From: an uncultured Gammaproteobacteria bacterium
GTDB taxonomy: Bacteria > Cyanobacteriota > Vampirovibrionia > LMEP-6097 > CAYGPN01
Length of the DNA stretch: 64,000 nt
Assembly: GCA_964352085.1 (NCBI GenBank)
Contig: CAYGPN010000007.1
Location: forward strand, 27,725 to 91,724
Direction of reading: 5' to 3'
Part shown: in pieces, positions 47,106 through 56,711 of the stretch
How positions within the stretch are numbered: position 1 is the first letter of the stretch
How the letters are laid out: each line of letters begins with the position of its first letter
Made by a program: the position numbers and the translations under genes
Notes under the pieces: model-generated
Told to the model about the DNA's origin: nothing
The model's input: the letters and a program-made list of their open reading frames with translations, nothing else
Databases searched by the model: none

Positions 47106-49040
47106 ATGAAACATGTATTAAACCTCCTTAACACAGTTGATAAGCTCAATTCGCTAAACTTAGCTTTGAGGACAATTAGGGAGAGATTGATGAATAAGAA
47201 TAATGTAGCGGCTTACAATACTTTTGTGAGGATTTTGGCTTTAGGGCAGCCCTTATTTGCTGAGGTAGACACGATTGATACTTTTAAGGGGCAGCCTGAT
47301 TTTGTAAAAATTAATAGTTCAGTTAAGCCTATTTTTATTAGAGCATATCATAATGGTGTTGTTACTTTAGGCAAAACCGAAAATGATGAAGCTAAAAAAA
47401 TTGGCACAATTGATCAATTAAGATCACTTCATCAAGAAGATCCTGAGCGTGCAGCAAGTATCTTTTCTGTATTTATTGAGGATGAAAAGAAAGAACCTGG
47501 ACTTGCTATTTTGCTTGCCGGTTTAAGAAATCTGGAGGATGATCCAAAGAAATCTGAAAAAGAACTTTCTATGTTTCTTATGAGCCAAGGTTTACCCTCT
47601 GATGTTGCTAGGCAGTTTGAAGAGCGTTTTGGTTTAGATAAAGCTATTGAGTTATATGAAAAGCTCCTTGATGGTAACGGGTCGCATCCGAGGAAGAGTT
47701 ATTTTGCTAAACGTTTGCTTGCAATTTACCGTGAGCAAGAAGATTTTGACAAGATTCAAAGAATGTCAGCTAGGCTCAATTCTGATGAGTATAAAGATCC
47801 AAGAGGTATTTATGGCTTAACAGCAAGATATGAAAAAGAGGGTAAAAGGACTGAATTAAAGGCTCTGCTTAAAAAGTTAGTGAATGCTAGCCCATTGCCA
47901 GAGTTTTACTATGCAGCATTTGACCTTGCAAAATTAGCTCGCTTACAGTTTGAGGATGCTGAGATTGGGGATTTGAAAGGAACCTTAATCAAGCTTTTCC
48001 AGGTACCTTTCCACTCTGACTGTGCATTTGAAGGTAAAGATAGCAATTTAAGTAATATAGATGAAATGGCAAAAGAAGCTTTTGGTTTAGAAGGAGCCAT
48101 AAAGTTTTTTGAAGATTCAAAAGAAGAGATTCTAAGTATAACTAAAAACCCAGAATATAAAATGAAGAAAGAGTATTTAGCTACTGCTGTTGATTTCAGA
48201 ATAGGTTATTTCCATTATCTTAACGGCGATAAGGAAAAAGCTATTGAAATTTTCTTTAAGATGGCTAAGGCTGATGAAATTAAGCGTGAAAACTATTTGG
48301 ATTATTTAGAAGCTATTACTGAAACTGACCAAGAGCGTTTTAAGGTGCTGGCTAAATTGTACAAAGGTAAATATCCTGATGCTTTGGTGGAGTCGCTTGA
48401 GATTTTGGCTAAAAATGGTAAGCAGGATTATGCCTTTAAGTTTTTGAAAAATCTATACTTAAAGAGATGTGAGAGTAGCGACTCATCTGAAAATATAATG
48501 GAAGTAGCTAAAATGCTTGTTGAAGAGCTTGAGAAAAAGGAAGAAGCTTATGATTTACTATCTTTCTATTCAGAGCGTTTTAAACTTCATTTCTCTGGAG
48601 CTCTTGAAACTATTAAGTACTTAAAAATGCAAGCAAAGCTATCGAAAGATCTAGGCAAGAATGCTGAAGCTGAAAAGATTTTATCAGAGCTTTCTGACTC
48701 CTTGGTCCAACTTTACAGCGGCATGAGGTATAAAAGTTCTAAATTCACGAATAGGCTTGTCTGTAGATCTGTACTTAGGGTTGAAATAATTAAGTTGGCT
48801 ATAGAGAGAGGTAAATATGAAGAAGCGGTCAATTTCATTCATGGAGTTCTGTCAGATTCTGAAAAACTATGTCCTGAGAACGCAAGTCTGGTAAAAACTT
48901 TGGCTAGCTTGTATAAGAAACTTGGCAGAACAAAGTATGCGGAAAAGACACTAGAGCTCTTGCGTGCAAGTTACCATCCTGAAATCAGAGACAAAAAGAT
49001 TGCGAAGCTTGAAGATTTAACAAAGCAAATAGAGGCTTAA
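47106..49040 (+). CDS. hypothetical alpha-helical protein (644 aa) inserted between carB and carA on the opposite strand
   Basis: Clean ORF. Predicted all-helical/TPR-like, with no signal peptide. Confidence 0.5.
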   Translation: MKHVLNLLNTVDKLNSLNLALRTIRERLMNKNNVAAYNTFVRILALGQPLFAEVDTIDTFKGQPDFVKINSSVKPIFIRAYHNGVVTLGKTENDEAKKIGTIDQLRSLHQEDPERAASIFSVFIEDEKKEPGLAILLAGLRNLEDDPKKSEKELSMFLMSQGLPSDVARQFEERFGLDKAIELYEKLLDGNGSHPRKSYFAKRLLAIYREQEDFDKIQRMSARLNSDEYKDPRGIYGLTARYEKEGKRTELKALLKKLVNASPLPEFYYAAFDLAKLARLQFEDAEIGDLKGTLIKLFQVPFHSDCAFEGKDSNLSNIDEMAKEAFGLEGAIKFFEDSKEEILSITKNPEYKMKKEYLATAVDFRIGYFHYLNGDKEKAIEIFFKMAKADEIKRENYLDYLEAITETDQERFKVLAKLYKGKYPDALVESLEILAKNGKQDYAFKFLKNLYLKRCESSDSSENIMEVAKMLVEELEKKEEAYDLLSFYSERFKLHFSGALETIKYLKMQAKLSKDLGKNAEAEKILSELSDSLVQLYSGMRYKSSKFTNRLVCRSVLRVEIIKLAIERGKYEEAVNFIHGVLSDSEKLCPENASLVKTLASLYKKLGRTKYAEKTLELLRASYHPEIRDKKIAKLEDLTKQIEA

Positions 49041-50302
49041 GCTAAAACTTCTTCTTTAGGCTTGGCCCTAACTATATTGTCAAAAAACTTTTCAAAAAGT
49101 GAGCCTGTGTCTCTCGGTCCAGGCATAGCTTCTGGGTGAAACTGCACTGAGAAAGCGTTGTGGCGTTTGTGTTTTAATCCTTCGACTGAATCATCATTTA
49201 CATTTACAAAACTAGCTTCAAGCTCAGTGTCTTTAAGTGATTCATCATCAACTGTGTAGCCATGATTCTGTGATGATATGTAGACTTTATTTGTTTCTAG
49301 ATCTTTAACAGGATGATTACAGCCTCTATGCCCAAATTTCATTTTGCTAGTATTGGCGCCATTAGCTAGAGCAAAAAGCTGGTGACCAAGGCAAATACCA
49401 AACAATGGATAATTAACTTGCACAGAGCGAATCAGCTCTAAAGCATGCTCTACATCTTTAGGATCACCAGGACCATTAGAGAGAAGCACGCCATCAGGAT
49501 TTATTTGTTTAATTTCTTTGTAGCTTACATTGTGCGGGACGACAGTAACATCGCAGCCATAATTAATTAGAGCTCTTAAGATTCCTTGCTTGTAACCATA
49601 GTCAACAAGCACTATACGGTGACCACTACCCGGACATCTAAATGTGCTTTTAGTAGAAACTATTTCTACTTGATTAGTCATAAGCTCGTTGCGTAATTTA
49701 TCTTTAGCTAGTTTATTTAGCTCTGAGCTAGAGGTTATTAGATTTTTAGATCTTGTAATATCAACACCTGGTTCAAAATCACCAGCTTCATTGAAAATAC
49801 CTGGAGTGAAAACTCTATTTTTAGTAAATAGGCTAGCGTTGCCCTCTGTATTTTCTTCTGTCTTAGAGCTGGTTTCAATTATGCCTGGAACGATAATAGC
49901 TTTCATGCTTCCATGATCTCTAATAATTTTTGTAAGCTTGCGTGTGTCAATTCCTGAGATTCCTGGAATTCCAAATTCTTTTAGTAGATCATCAAGAGTT
50001 CGTTGGCTTCGCCAGTTACTTGGCTGCTCGCAATATTCTCTGACTACAAAACCATGCACAAAAGGTCTAAGTGATTCAAAGTCTTCCTGGTTAATCCCAT
50101 AGTTTCCGATTAAAGGATAAGTCATGGTGATGATTTGACCGCAGTAAGAAGGATCGCTAAGTATCTCTTGGTAGCCAGTCATCCCAGTGTTAAAAACAAT
50201 CTCACCAAAGCTTTCTTTGCTTGCGCCAAAGGCATCACCAATAAATTCTGTCCCATCTTCTAGAATGAGCTTTGCTTTTAGTTTTTGTTTTTTTTCGTTC
50301 AC
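49037..50302 (-). CDS. carA: carbamoyl-phosphate synthase small (glutamine amidotransferase) subunit
   Basis: 421 aa. The GATase triad region (GICLGHQL, HNxE) is present. There is an about 40-aa insertion in the inter-domain linker. Confidence 0.9.
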   Translation of the reverse strand: MNEKKQKLKAKLILEDGTEFIGDAFGASKESFGEIVFNTGMTGYQEILSDPSYCGQIITMTYPLIGNYGINQEDFESLRPFVHGFVVREYCEQPSNWRSQRTLDDLLKEFGIPGISGIDTRKLTKIIRDHGSMKAIIVPGIIETSSKTEENTEGNASLFTKNRVFTPGIFNEAGDFEPGVDITRSKNLITSSSELNKLAKDKLRNELMTNQVEIVSTKSTFRCPGSGHRIVLVDYGYKQGILRALINYGCDVTVVPHNVSYKEIKQINPDGVLLSNGPGDPKDVEHALELIRSVQVNYPLFGICLGHQLFALANGANTSKMKFGHRGCNHPVKDLETNKVYISSQNHGYTVDDESLKDTELEASFVNVNDDSVEGLKHKRHNAFSVQFHPEAMPGPRDTGSLFEKFFDNIVRAKPKEEVLA

Positions 50303-50342
50303 GCTTTCCTTCTCTTTTCTCTTTTTGGCACCGGTGTGACAT

Positions 50343-51308
50343 TTATGTGCATATAGCCCTTTCTAAAACAGCCATTCTGATAGCCACTCCGTTTGCAACT
50401 TGTTTGTAGATAAGTGATTTTTCACCTTCTACTAAAGTTTCATCAATTTCTATGCCTCTATTGAAAGGAGCTGGGTGCATAATCATTGCAGATGGCTTCA
50501 TCATCTTAGATCTTCTTTTTGATAAGCCGTAATTTTCTAAATAATTTTCTTTAAACTCACTACTATCTTTAGTCCAACCAACTTTGGCGTACCTGTCAGC
50601 ATGCCTTTCTAATTGGACGCGAAGCATCATCACCACGTCAGCTTCTTTAACTGCTTCGTCCACTGAAACTATCTTTGCGTTATTTTCTAGGTCTTCAAGA
50701 TTTGGCATGAAATTTTCTGGTCCGCTAAAAAGTACTTCAGCACCAAGTTTCTTCAGTGCGTACATATTTGAGCGAGCTACTCTGCTGTGTAAAATATCAC
50801 CAATAATCGCTACTTTAAGACCTTCGATCTTTCCGTATTCTTGTTTGATGGTTAGAAGATCTAGTAAACACTGAGTTGGGTGTTCATGGGTGCCATCGCC
50901 AGCATTTATAATTGCAAGATTTACTTTAGGAGCAATTTCTTGAAGCACATGACCATCTGGGTGTCTAATGATTACAAGATCAGTGCCCATTGCTTCCAAA
51001 GTTTTTACTGTGTCATAAAGAGTTTCACCTTTTTGGGTGCTTGAACTGCCAGGCTGGAAGTTCAAAACATGCGAGCCTAATTTTTTAGCTGCCACTTCAA
51101 AAGAAAACCTAGTACGAGTGCTAGGTTCAAAAAATAAATTGCATATAACTGAGTTTTCTAAAGGTTGTTTGCTTATGCCTTTAACGTTTTGGAGGCTTGA
51201 TACTTGAGACCAATATTCCCCTCTTTCTAATAATTTAAAAATTTCTTCCTTGCTCAGGTCTTTAATACCCAAGAGATGCTTTCTAGACGTAGTCTGAGTT
51301 AAGCTCAT
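50343..51308 (-). CDS. pyrB: aspartate carbamoyltransferase catalytic subunit
   Basis: 321 aa with STRTR and HPxQ motifs. Confidence 0.9.
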   Translation of the reverse strand: MSLTQTTSRKHLLGIKDLSKEEIFKLLERGEYWSQVSSLQNVKGISKQPLENSVICNLFFEPSTRTRFSFEVAAKKLGSHVLNFQPGSSSTQKGETLYDTVKTLEAMGTDLVIIRHPDGHVLQEIAPKVNLAIINAGDGTHEHPTQCLLDLLTIKQEYGKIEGLKVAIIGDILHSRVARSNMYALKKLGAEVLFSGPENFMPNLEDLENNAKIVSVDEAVKEADVVMMLRVQLERHADRYAKVGWTKDSSEFKENYLENYGLSKRRSKMMKPSAMIMHPAPFNRGIEIDETLVEGEKSLIYKQVANGVAIRMAVLERAICT

Positions 51309-51372
51309 CTTTAGCCTAATGTATTATAGCTCTATCTTGTAGAGATATTCAAGTTTAAATTTAAAAGATGGA

Positions 51373-51400
51373 TGGATTGCTTCGCTGCGATCGCAATGAC
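51373..51400 (+). repeat. dispersed repeat element, copy D (single unit)
   Basis: ggATTGCttcgctgcgatcGCAATgac: a hairpin with a 5-bp ATTGC/GCAAT stem. Confidence 0.75.
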
Positions 51401-51463
51401 GTTAAAAGCAAAAAAAGAGCAGCTTTGCCAGCTGCCCTTTTATAGTAAGTTAATTCATTTGAA

Positions 51464-52555
51464 TTACTCAGTAGGAGATGCGATGTCCTTAAGAGAAAGA
51501 CTAATACGTCTCTCGTAAGGTGAGAATCTCTTAATAAGAACCTCAATCTCATCATCAACTTTAAGGTATTTGTCTGGAGTAGGATCGTCATCGTCATTAG
51601 TGATTTCACTAACTGGAAGAAGAGCTTCAACGCCGGGGTAAATCTCAACGAAAGCACCAAATACTTGAAGCTTAGAAACTTTACCTTTAACAATTTGACC
51701 TTCAGCAAATTTATCTTCGATTTCAGTCCAAGGGTCTGGCTGAAGTCTCTTAAGAGAAAGACTGATGCGGTGTGCTTCTTTATCAATCTTAAGAACTTTA
51801 ATAGATAGCTTTTCACCAACCTCAAGAACTTCTTTAGGGTGATTAATACGCTGCCAAGAAAGCTCAGAGATTGGAAGTAATCCATCAACACCGCCGATGT
51901 CAATGAAAGCACCAAATTCAGCAACTCTTACAACTTCTCCACTTACTACCTGACCAATTTCAAGATTAGCTAGAGTTTCTTCTCTTTGCTCAGCCTTTTC
52001 ATCAGTGATTGCAAGTTTTTGAGAAAGAATAAGTTTGTTACGTCTCTTGTCCATTTCAAGAATTTTGAATGGAATAACTGAACCTTTAGGACAGCTATCA
52101 TTCTTAACTCTAAGTTGACTAGCAGGTATGAAGCCACGTACGCCGTAAGCTTCAACTACAAGTCCACCTTTAACGATGCTAACTACTTCGCCTTCAATAG
52201 CTTCGTTCTTATCTTTTACTTCTTCAAGTTTCACCCAGCCTCTAGCTAGTGCAACTCGTTTGTAAGAAACGATTAGCGGTTTGTTTTCAGCTTCTTCTTT
52301 AAGAATGAATAGTTCATATTCCTTCCCAAGCTCAATTACATCCTCTGCTTTTTTATCGCTCTCTTTTGCTACGATCTCTCTAAAAGGTAAGAAAGCTTCA
52401 GACTTAGCAGCTATATCAATTAGCGCTCCGTCTTTTTCTATTTGAAGCACAATACCTTTAATGATTTGACCGGCTTCAAGTTTATCCTTCTCTGTGCAGT
52501 CTCCAAGTAATTTCTCGAATTCAGCACTTAGATCGATTGTGTTTTGTGTTGTCAT
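51464..52555 (-). CDS. rpsA: ribosomal protein S1-like protein with four S1 domains
   Basis: 363 aa with four S1 RNA-binding domains (G.IV.G.V......GAF..I......LP.SE). This is shorter than the 6-domain S1 of most Proteobacteria. Confidence 0.7.
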   Translation of the reverse strand: MTTQNTIDLSAEFEKLLGDCTEKDKLEAGQIIKGIVLQIEKDGALIDIAAKSEAFLPFREIVAKESDKKAEDVIELGKEYELFILKEEAENKPLIVSYKRVALARGWVKLEEVKDKNEAIEGEVVSIVKGGLVVEAYGVRGFIPASQLRVKNDSCPKGSVIPFKILEMDKRRNKLILSQKLAITDEKAEQREETLANLEIGQVVSGEVVRVAEFGAFIDIGGVDGLLPISELSWQRINHPKEVLEVGEKLSIKVLKIDKEAHRISLSLKRLQPDPWTEIEDKFAEGQIVKGKVSKLQVFGAFVEIYPGVEALLPVSEITNDDDDPTPDKYLKVDDEIEVLIKRFSPYERRISLSLKDIASPTE

Positions 52556-52675
52556 TTATTTCTATGTTCCTTGATTGTTTCGGGAATCACCCGTTCAGCC
52601 AAAACAGAATAAATTCTGAGCTTCGACGGCTGTTTGCTCACTTTACTAGTTTGAAAAAATTCTCAACTAGAAAAA

Positions 52676-52750
52676 TGGAGCGGAAGACGAGATTCGAACT
52701 CGCGACCCTTTCCTTGGCAAGGAAATGCTCTACCACTGAGCCACTTCCGC
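52676..52750 (-). tRNA. tRNA-Gly (anticodon GCC)
   Basis: The reverse complement gcggaagtggctcagtggtagagcatttccttgccaaggaaagggtcgcgagttcgaatctcgtcttccgctcca is 75 nt and folds as a cloverleaf, with anticodon loop ttgccaa. Confidence 0.88.
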
Positions 52751-52867
52751 GTGTACAGTCCATAATATTAGCAAAAATCACAGCAAATTCAGTAAATAAA
52801 GATTAAGAAATAATGGACCGAGTCCGTTTTGGCTAATTTATTGACAGGGTCCGCTATTCGCGGTCTA

Positions 52868-53437
52868 TTACTGGTTCTTTAATAGGTCTTGCTCTTTTAG
52901 GTCTGATAAGTAGCGTCTGCCATTTTTCACAGCACCTAATAGTTCAACTAAATTCTGGTCTACATGATTTAAAAGTTCTTCAGCATAGTTTTCAGCATCT
53001 TCTTTAATTCTTCTAGATTCGTCTAATGCTTTTTGATGAAGTTCACGAGCTTGCTCTAATGATCTTCTGCGTATTTCTTCGATTTCTTCAAAGACTTCTT
53101 TTTTTATTCTTTTAGCTTCATCTTCAACCATTGCTTTAAGTTTGTCTTCATCAAGAATGCGCTTTGCCTCTTCACGAGAGCTTCCTAGTAGGCGCTCACA
53201 TTCTTCTTGAGTTCTTTTCATTAATTCGTCAGCTGTTTTTTTTGTAGTATCTTCAAGCTCTTTTTGTTTTTTAGTAAGTTCTTCTGCTTGTTTAATTTCT
53301 TCGGGGATTGCAGCATAAAGCGTTTCAAGCATATGCATCAAATGCTCAGTGTCTAAAACTTTTTTATTAAGAACAGGCAGAACTTGAGCCTTCTCTACAA
53401 ATTCTCCGATTTCATCAATTTTTTTATAAATGCTCAA
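52868..53437 (-). CDS. hypothetical coiled-coil protein (189 aa), in an operon after coaD
   Basis: Highly charged and heptad-rich. The start overlaps the coaD stop by 4 bp. Confidence 0.4.
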   Translation of the reverse strand: MSIYKKIDEIGEFVEKAQVLPVLNKKVLDTEHLMHMLETLYAAIPEEIKQAEELTKKQKELEDTTKKTADELMKRTQEECERLLGSSREEAKRILDEDKLKAMVEDEAKRIKKEVFEEIEEIRRRSLEQARELHQKALDESRRIKEDAENYAEELLNHVDQNLVELLGAVKNGRRYLSDLKEQDLLKNQ

Positions 53438-53907
53438 CTGCGTTTCTCCCTTAAATAATTAGCGACGTTCCTAGGAACAAGATTATCAATATCTCCCCCT
53501 AATTTTAACAACTCCCAGACCCTACTGGCTCTAATAAAAGAATATTCTGGGCTTGTCATTAAAAATACAGTTTCCATACCTTTAGATAAGAAATTGTTAA
53601 TCTGAGCCATCTCAAGTTCGTATTCAAAATCTGAAGCTCCGCGAATCCCACGAACAATCACATCACATTTATTATCAGCTGCATACTTCACTGTTAAAGC
53701 ATCATGAGAATTGACTTCTACATTTTTCATACCGTAAGTTGCTTCTTTTATAAGTTTGATTCTTTCTTTTAAAGAAAGCTTGCGATCTTTGTCACTGTAA
53801 GCAGAGACTAGTATTTCAACTGAACCAAAAATTTCTGTTGCACGTTTAATGATATCTAGGTGCCCTAGAGTTAATGGATCGAAGCTACCTGGATAAAGTG
53901 CTTTCAT
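53434..53907 (-). CDS. coaD: phosphopantetheine adenylyltransferase
   Basis: 157 aa. YPGSFDPLTLGHLDII is the nucleotidyltransferase H/TxGH motif. Confidence 0.9.
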   Translation of the reverse strand: MKALYPGSFDPLTLGHLDIIKRATEIFGSVEILVSAYSDKDRKLSLKERIKLIKEATYGMKNVEVNSHDALTVKYAADNKCDVIVRGIRGASDFEYELEMAQINNFLSKGMETVFLMTSPEYSFIRASRVWELLKLGGDIDNLVPRNVANYLREKRS

Positions 53908-54058
53908 AACTAAGCATCATTGTACTAGAGCTTGCTTTTTTTAGATTTATTTCTATGAACTTGTTAATATAGTCTAGGGTATCGAAGAAAGATTCATTAA
54001 CTTAATAAAGAAGACTATAGGCGCTCAGGCGGCTAAATTTATCGATGATGATTGCGCG

Positions 54059-54919
54059 GTGGTTAAGCATGGTGATAAAACACTTCTTTATAGTTTAGAT
54101 AATCTTATAGAAGACACTCACTTCACTAGTGATTTATTCTCGCCTTATGACATTGGATGGAAATCTGCTGCTGCAAATATTTCTGATATTTGTGCGATGG
54201 GCGGCAAACCTTTATATATGATGCTCGGGCTTGGGCTTCCAGCTGCTGTGAGTGAAGACTGGATAGAAAGTTTTTATAAAGGACTAAATGACTGTTCTCA
54301 AAAACATGGCGGGGCAATAGTTATTGGTGGTGATCTTTGTAAGGCAGATAAAATTTCTATTTCAGTAGCGATTATAGGCGAAGCAAATCCTGCTGGAGTC
54401 TTGCTCAGGTCGGGGGCTAAGCCTGGCTACAAACTTTGCGTGACTGGAAAGTTTGGTAATGCAAAGAGCTTTTTGGATAAATACCTGGCGAAAAATGGAT
54501 CACCTCAAAATGAAGCGATAGATTTTTCAGAGCAAGCTATAGGCTTAGACCTTGAAAACCGTAATCTCTTTTTAAGACCAGAGCCAAGATATAAGGAAGC
54601 TCAAGCTATTTGGGAGAAAGTGAAGGATGGGGCACTTATAGATTCTAGTGATGGTCTGGCTGTTTCAATGCTCGAGATTGCTGAGCAAAGTGGACTTAAG
54701 CTCGTTTATGACTCTCATAAGTTGCCCAGAGATAATGAAATAGATCTAGATAATGCTCTCTTTGGTGGTGAAGAATACGAATTAGTGGGCTGCTTTCCTG
54801 AAATCCCAGATGGCTTTTGTCAAATTGGTCATACAGAAGCTGGAAATGGCGTAATAGAAGCTAATACGGGCGAATTGTTAACAAAAAGTAAATGCTATAA
54901 GCATTTTGAAGATGAGTGA
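54059..54919 (+). CDS. thiL: thiamine-monophosphate kinase (N-terminus uncertain)
   Basis: ThiL/PurM-like fold motifs. The homologous region (EERFINLIKK...IDDDCAVV) extends upstream of the GTG at 54059 to an in-frame TAG at 53975, with no canonical start in between. Confidence 0.7.
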   Translation: MVKHGDKTLLYSLDNLIEDTHFTSDLFSPYDIGWKSAAANISDICAMGGKPLYMMLGLGLPAAVSEDWIESFYKGLNDCSQKHGGAIVIGGDLCKADKISISVAIIGEANPAGVLLRSGAKPGYKLCVTGKFGNAKSFLDKYLAKNGSPQNEAIDFSEQAIGLDLENRNLFLRPEPRYKEAQAIWEKVKDGALIDSSDGLAVSMLEIAEQSGLKLVYDSHKLPRDNEIDLDNALFGGEEYELVGCFPEIPDGFCQIGHTEAGNGVIEANTGELLTKSKCYKHFEDE

Positions 54920-54983
54920 TATTTAAGCAATAGAGTACAGACTAATCGTATAATTAAATTGGTAATTACACCAAGGTTGAAAT

Positions 54984-56525
54984 ATGGCTCTAGCTACTGC
55001 TACACCTACATTTTCAGAGATGAGTAATACGAGGCCGGCGCCTCTGGGCTCTCCTGCTTCGAAGGCCTACGAAGCCGTTCAAAATAACAATCAAAATAGT
55101 TCTAACCAAGATGCTCCTCTAAATGAAAAAAAAGAGGAGCATTCTTTTTCTTTTGGGGTTTATGCTGATGCTGTGAAATCTCTCTGGAAGATACTTTCCG
55201 GAGCCATGGTAACTGAGGTTTTACGTGGAATTTTAAAGACTGATGATAAGTTCTCGTTAGCAAAAATTATTGATAAATCATTTCGCGTAGATTTTATTTC
55301 TAGATTTGTTGGTGATTTCGGTGGAGCCTTAATGGTTAGGATTTTAAATGGTAAGACAAAGTTCCTTGGCATGACAATCCCTAAGGTGCACACAGCAATT
55401 TCTTCTCAACTCTTTACAAATCTTTGGGTGAAATTTTGGCGTACGATGTCAAGTTCAGATAATCTAAATAAATTATCAGCAGATAATAATGACAACGAAG
55501 TTGCTAAGAAAAATATTGAGAAATTCCAGAATAAAACTTGGCATAAGATTCTTACCAGCATGAATGGCTTCTATAAAAATAAACTTGCACCAAACATTAC
55601 TCTATTCTTCTCTAAGATTTTTGGAATTAAGCCTGGTGAGAAAAACGCTGATGGTAAAACTGCTGATCCTAGTATCAATTGGATGCATTTTGGATCTGTT
55701 GCAGCTGCAGCTGGCTTAGGGACTTGGTTCTTGCCTGGTGACACTCAGATATTTGGTTTTGAAGATGTTCATAAAAGTAAAGATGCAAAATCTACTTTCT
55801 TAAATTCACTTTTAACTTGGGGTTTAACATCACTTGTTAGATTGGAGAATTATATCTTCAATAACGCCGTTACTTTACAACCTAAGGGTTATGGTTTCGA
55901 TGCTTGTAAGAAAATTGCAGTTCGCGAAAAAGGATTTATACCGATGGCGCAATATGCTTGCGATACTGTTGCTGCCGTTCTTTCTAAATCGACCAGTATG
56001 AATGGAGCTTTCTTATCATCTATTTTAAGGTTACCAATTGAAATTGCGACTACTTTCTTGACAGCTAGTTTAGTGGGTGTGTCTAAAACAAATAGGGTAC
56101 AAGATCATTGGGTGCTTCTTGCTGACAAGCTTATCAAGCCAATAGCGAAGAAGGTTGAGTGGATAGTTTCACCAGTCTTTGGTTTAGTGAGAGCTTTAAT
56201 TTACACGCCAATCTTTGGCTTCTTTGATCCTGCTGATGAAGGAGATAGTATCCCTTATGAAGAAGATAAAACACAGCTTTCTAAAGAAAAAGAAGAAGCT
56301 CTTTATAAGCGTATAGGTCATAGAAGTAAATTTAGATTATTTCTTAAGTCAGTCTTGTTTGACTGGTGGGCTAAAGATGTAGGAACTGCTCTGAAGCTAA
56401 GTATGAATGGTGGTACTAAGTCTAAGAAAGCTGCTCCGCCTGCTGCTGGCAAGGTTAAACAGGGCGTGGACGAAAAAAAGGGAGCCCTTAAGGCTCCCGA
56501 GTCAAAGCTTAATGCCTCTAAGTAA
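54984..56525 (+). CDS. hypothetical protein (513 aa)
   Basis: Clean ORF with no recognised domain. The C-terminus is Lys/Ala-rich. Confidence 0.45.
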   Translation: MALATATPTFSEMSNTRPAPLGSPASKAYEAVQNNNQNSSNQDAPLNEKKEEHSFSFGVYADAVKSLWKILSGAMVTEVLRGILKTDDKFSLAKIIDKSFRVDFISRFVGDFGGALMVRILNGKTKFLGMTIPKVHTAISSQLFTNLWVKFWRTMSSSDNLNKLSADNNDNEVAKKNIEKFQNKTWHKILTSMNGFYKNKLAPNITLFFSKIFGIKPGEKNADGKTADPSINWMHFGSVAAAAGLGTWFLPGDTQIFGFEDVHKSKDAKSTFLNSLLTWGLTSLVRLENYIFNNAVTLQPKGYGFDACKKIAVREKGFIPMAQYACDTVAAVLSKSTSMNGAFLSSILRLPIEIATTFLTASLVGVSKTNRVQDHWVLLADKLIKPIAKKVEWIVSPVFGLVRALIYTPIFGFFDPADEGDSIPYEEDKTQLSKEKEEALYKRIGHRSKFRLFLKSVLFDWWAKDVGTALKLSMNGGTKSKKAAPPAAGKVKQGVDEKKGALKAPESKLNASK

Positions 56526-56531
56526 ATGGGT

Positions 56532-56711
56532 CTAGTTAGCAAAGCTTCTGCCAACATTTCTTTTTGCTTCAGTCGCTGAAGTACGAGAATTAGTAGGGCT
56601 AGAAGTTCTAGACACTTGGCTAGAGGGAGCTTTAATAGCAGCATTACGTGCTTTAGCTTGATTGCTTCTTGCATTCATAAAAGCTGCTGGATATAGAAGT
56701 AATGAGATCAT
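56532..56711 (-). CDS. candidate small basic Ser/Thr-rich protein (59 aa) not in the ORF track
   Basis: Minus-strand ORF MISLLLYPAAFMNARSNQAKARNAAIKAPSSQVSRTSSPTNSRTSATEAKRNVGRSFAN. It is preceded by a strong SD (aaaGAGGAGagaaagaATG). Confidence 0.3.
   Translation of the reverse strand: MISLLLYPAAFMNARSNQAKARNAAIKAPSSQVSRTSSPTNSRTSATEAKRNVGRSFAN

Noticed and set aside
51361-51924. 187-aa minus-strand ORF overlapping the S1-domain gene in another frame.
   Set aside because: It is Leu/Lys-rich with no start context. The overlapping frame encodes four well-formed S1 domains.
52537-52806. 89-aa plus-strand ORF.
   Set aside because: It overlaps tRNA-Gly(GCC) on the opposite strand and the S1 gene start, so it is spurious.
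56318-56674. 118-aa minus-strand ORF from the track.
   Set aside because: It overlaps the 3' end of the 54984..56525 gene and has no RBS. A different-frame 59-aa ORF (56532..56711) with a strong SD is a better candidate, and even that is low confidence.
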